Below, piece after piece: positions 61,181-64,000 of a stretch of 64,000 nt of DNA. The DNA comes from a virus (taxonomy: Duplodnaviria; Caudoviricetes): IMG/VR virus record IMGVR_UViG_3300021399_000102, positions 137,558 through 201,557 of that record, one strand, 5' to 3'. Each line of letters begins with the position of its first letter. The first letter of the stretch is position 1. The notes beneath the pieces were generated by a model that did not search any database, was not told the DNA's origin, and saw only the letters and a list, made by a program, of their open reading frames with translations. The translations under genes were made by a program, and so were the position numbers.

Positions 61181-61945
61181 TCATATCATCACAGTCTCAC
61201 GTAGAACCTTGATGTTGTCTTTGCCCTGCCACATTCCTCCATATATCCATTCAAGTTCAATGTCATAGACACCTTTTTGGTTTCCATGTGGCTTCACATC
61301 CAATTTCTTGCCAACACCGTCAATGAACTGCTCGTTGGAAATTGGGTTATATGATTTCTTGATTGCGCTGCAACATGCCTTTTCATTCCAACTTGGATCA
61401 AATTCCAAACCTTTTAGATCTTCAATCCATTTGTGGAAATTGCCAGTTACCATTCCATCAATGTCGTCATATGTTTTGCTGCTCCAATCTTTTGCAAAAT
61501 CATGCAACTCAGATATGCAAGTCATTCCTATTCTCATATATTTGGTTTCTGAGTCCGCAGTTCTCCTTGTTCCACATATGACACCAATCATCCCTGGCGT
61601 GGGAATCACCACCAAGAACCGTAGACTATGCAACTTTCCACCATCAACATAGCACTTTGTGTCCTCGTATAGATCATTCTCAAGATGCCAAGCGTCGTTC
61701 ATGCAAAATCCCCATTTGTAGGCATCTTCTGCATTAATCACGCCATTGTTCCTTTTCAGATGATAGTAGCCTTGGGTCGCTTTGTGAATGTGCTTTTTAA
61801 GATGTGTCAGCACCAATTCATAGATGGTTCTCTCAACATTGTCATCACATGGCACAATGTCAGATAGGCATGGTACTGCAACAAGCGATGCAAGTCCAGA
61901 TATGAAGTTTCTTCTTGATGTGGTGTTCATTTCAATAACCCTCAT
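61181..61945 (-). CDS. Tat-signal protein
   Basis: MNTTSRRNFISGLASLVAVP; GTAAATA 61955-61961. Confidence 0.65.
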   Translation of the reverse strand: MRVIEMNTTSRRNFISGLASLVAVPCLSDIVPCDDNVERTIYELVLTHLKKHIHKATQGYYHLKRNNGVINAEDAYKWGFCMNDAWHLENDLYEDTKCYVDGGKLHSLRFLVVIPTPGMIGVICGTRRTADSETKYMRIGMTCISELHDFAKDWSSKTYDDIDGMVTGNFHKWIEDLKGLEFDPSWNEKACCSAIKKSYNPISNEQFIDGVGKKLDVKPHGNQKGVYDIELEWIYGGMWQGKDNIKVLRETVMI

Positions 61946-62643
61946 TTCTTCACATATTTACCAATGTAGTCCGACCACAGGGAAATCGCACGTTCCTCAA
62001 GCGAGATGATGGCTTTTGCGTTCCTGAACTTGTCCAAGGAGTTTATCATCTTCGTGACGACATCTACTGCATACAAATCAGCAATGCGTCCAATTTCCAC
62101 ATTGATGTTGTCAGAAGCAAATGCCGCTGGCTTTTCAAGCGGTGAATTGCCTTGTGGCATGTCCTTTTCACCACCATTATCCATCTTCAACGCTGCTTCA
62201 TTTTCGTTTGGTTCCAGTTCTGCCTTATGAAGCAATTCAATTTCTTCAGGAGTCATGAGGTTGGACATCATGTGATCCCAGAACTTGCATTGTTCTTCCA
62301 CCGAATCAAACTTGATTGTCTGCTTGCTTTGGGTGAAATAGGAGTTTCCATGCTCGATGCGCATTTTTGATGGCGATTTTGTGTTGGGGAAGTCGCTATT
62401 CACAAACACATGGAAGCCTCTGCATTTGGACAATTGGATTGATTTGCTGTCGTCCATCCAACTTTCAAGATCATAGCGATTGATGCCAAACGCATGCAAT
62501 GAATCAGACATTTGGTCAGAGTCATCGACAAACCATTTGCATGCATCCATTTGCTTGAGAATCTTCTCTGAACGGTTCTTATCTACCTCAATCTCGTCAG
62601 CCTCCCCATTTTCGGGATTAAGCGCATTTACTATTAGTTTCAT
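61942..62643 (-). CDS. hypothetical protein
   Basis: 233 aa, AAAGGA RBS. Confidence 0.75.
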   Translation of the reverse strand: MKLIVNALNPENGEADEIEVDKNRSEKILKQMDACKWFVDDSDQMSDSLHAFGINRYDLESWMDDSKSIQLSKCRGFHVFVNSDFPNTKSPSKMRIEHGNSYFTQSKQTIKFDSVEEQCKFWDHMMSNLMTPEEIELLHKAELEPNENEAALKMDNGGEKDMPQGNSPLEKPAAFASDNINVEIGRIADLYAVDVVTKMINSLDKFRNAKAIISLEERAISLWSDYIGKYVKK

Positions 62644-62665
62644 TGTTGTTCATCCTTTCGTCAAA

Positions 62666-63166
62666 TCAATCCAATGTCCATTCTTCGTTGTCCCGAAGAT
62701 CCTTGACAACGACCTTCCCATCATCGTTTATCCTCGTGGAATACAAGTCGGTAAGCTTGGAGAAACCTTCATATGGATCAATGCCGTTTTCGAGGAACTT
62801 GAGGAATTGGTCTTCAAATTCACTGAAGTGCTTGGCTGATGTGGAATCCTCCTTGCCCTGATCGTCGTCCCTCTTCTGCAGCATGAACTTGACGCATCGC
62901 CACTCTCCTTCAGCCATGTCAGATGTGCGCCACTTTAGATGTAGGGACATGTCGTACATTGGTCTCATGTCTGTTGCCTCAACCTTGATGGACTGGAATA
63001 TGCCATGATTTTCCAGTGGATGTAAAAGGTTCAATATGCGCTTCGGTTCAGTAAGTACATCGCAGTTGGATTCATTGAGAATTCCAGTGACGGCAAGTAT
63101 CATGATCGTCTCGACGTCGGATAGATTTTTCTGACCATCTTGTATCTTGAATAGCGTGTCTGTCAT
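62666..63166 (-). CDS. hypothetical protein
   Basis: 166 aa, TGATG coupling to the upstream gene. Confidence 0.72.
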   Translation of the reverse strand: MTDTLFKIQDGQKNLSDVETIMILAVTGILNESNCDVLTEPKRILNLLHPLENHGIFQSIKVEATDMRPMYDMSLHLKWRTSDMAEGEWRCVKFMLQKRDDDQGKEDSTSAKHFSEFEDQFLKFLENGIDPYEGFSKLTDLYSTRINDDGKVVVKDLRDNEEWTLD

Positions 63167-64000
63167 CAGTCCATGTCCTCTCCAACGAGCTTGTCGAGGT
63201 TCTTGGCTGGCTTCTGTTCCTCAACTTCCCGCTCTTCATGCTCTTCCGGTTCTTCAACTGGCTCTGCGTCATCTGGAGCCGCGTCAAGTGGGGCTGGCTC
63301 GTTGCTTGGCGTCAGAATCAATTCAGTGACAACTGCAAGCATCTCCTGGTTCTTGGAGTTCTCGTGATGCTTGTCGCACTGCTTCTCAACGATATCTGTG
63401 GCTTTCTCAGCATCTCCATTCATCGACAATTCATCGGTTTTCGCCTGAAGTTCTGCAAGCGCACCAAACTGCGCTTTTTTGATGCCCTTGGGGTTGCTCT
63501 CAGAATACTTCATGTTGTCTGGAATGTTCTCGAAGATGACATCCTCAATCTCCGCGTTCTTCTCGAACATTTCGTTCTGAACGTCTGCCGAGCGTGTGAT
63601 GTACCCGGTGATGGTCTTCTGGTCGTCCTCGTTGTTCGCAAGGTCAAGATTCGTGATGGGCTTTGTGAAACGAAGCTCAATGCCAGCAGTTTCAAGCGCC
63701 CGACGAACCTCTGGGATTAGCCTTGATGCATAGAGGTTGGTGATGATGTCAAGTGCATATGTGTCTGCCTTTGGTGGCGTGTTCTCCTTTGGCTTTCCAC
63801 CCTTCTTGAGGTACTCGAAATCTGAACTCTTCTTGAACATCTTGCCAAAGAAGGACTTGAGCGCACCCTCAATCTTCTTCTCGCGTTTCTTCTTGTCCTC
63901 AACGTCTGCAAACCCATTGAACAAGCCAAGCCTCTCTGCTGTGGTCTTGAACTCGTCTGCCACGTTGTCGTACATAAACTCCGAGAAGTCAAGATCGGAA
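63166..64000 (-). CDS. hypothetical acidic protein, 5' end probably outside the window
   Basis: frame open from the window edge to TGA at 63166. Confidence 0.75.
   Translation of the reverse strand, partial: SDLDFSEFMYDNVADEFKTTAERLGLFNGFADVEDKKKREKKIEGALKSFFGKMFKKSSDFEYLKKGGKPKENTPPKADTYALDIITNLYASRLIPEVRRALETAGIELRFTKPITNLDLANNEDDQKTITGYITRSADVQNEMFEKNAEIEDVIFENIPDNMKYSESNPKGIKKAQFGALAELQAKTDELSMNGDAEKATDIVEKQCDKHHENSKNQEMLAVVTELILTPSNEPAPLDAAPDDAEPVEEPEEHEEREVEEQKPAKNLDKLVGEDMD

Overview
Segment of a large T4-like (myovirus-type) jumbo phage genome. It carries a gp44-like clamp loader, gp41-like helicase, gp21-like prohead protease, gp3- and gp15-like tail proteins, fiber/adhesin proteins, free-standing endonucleases, two DNA methyltransferases, CoA-pathway genes and many small early ORFs. 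The phage appears to recode TAG to glutamine, but only in late genes. Nine genes behind a GTAAATA late-promoter motif are broken by 40 in-frame TAG codons, which the ORF track shows as fragments. Internal protein repeats place Gln at the TAG positions. Early, replication and metabolic genes show no in-frame TAG, and no convincing gene I checked ends in TAG. Positions 45.0-57.3 kb are a minus-strand RNA operon of about 40 tRNAs covering all 20 amino acids, with sigma70 promoters and boxA sites. It includes a tRNA-Asn split by a group I intron and a D-arm-less tRNA-Ile(UAU). It also holds many non-tRNA structured cassettes, among them two circularly permuted Y-RNA-like tRNA mimics and several expanded tRNA-like RNAs. 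Three endonuclease genes of different families inside the array share a covarying kissing-loop leader that straddles their promoter. I found no canonical CUA suppressor tRNA in the window. All calls were made by eye, without database searches.
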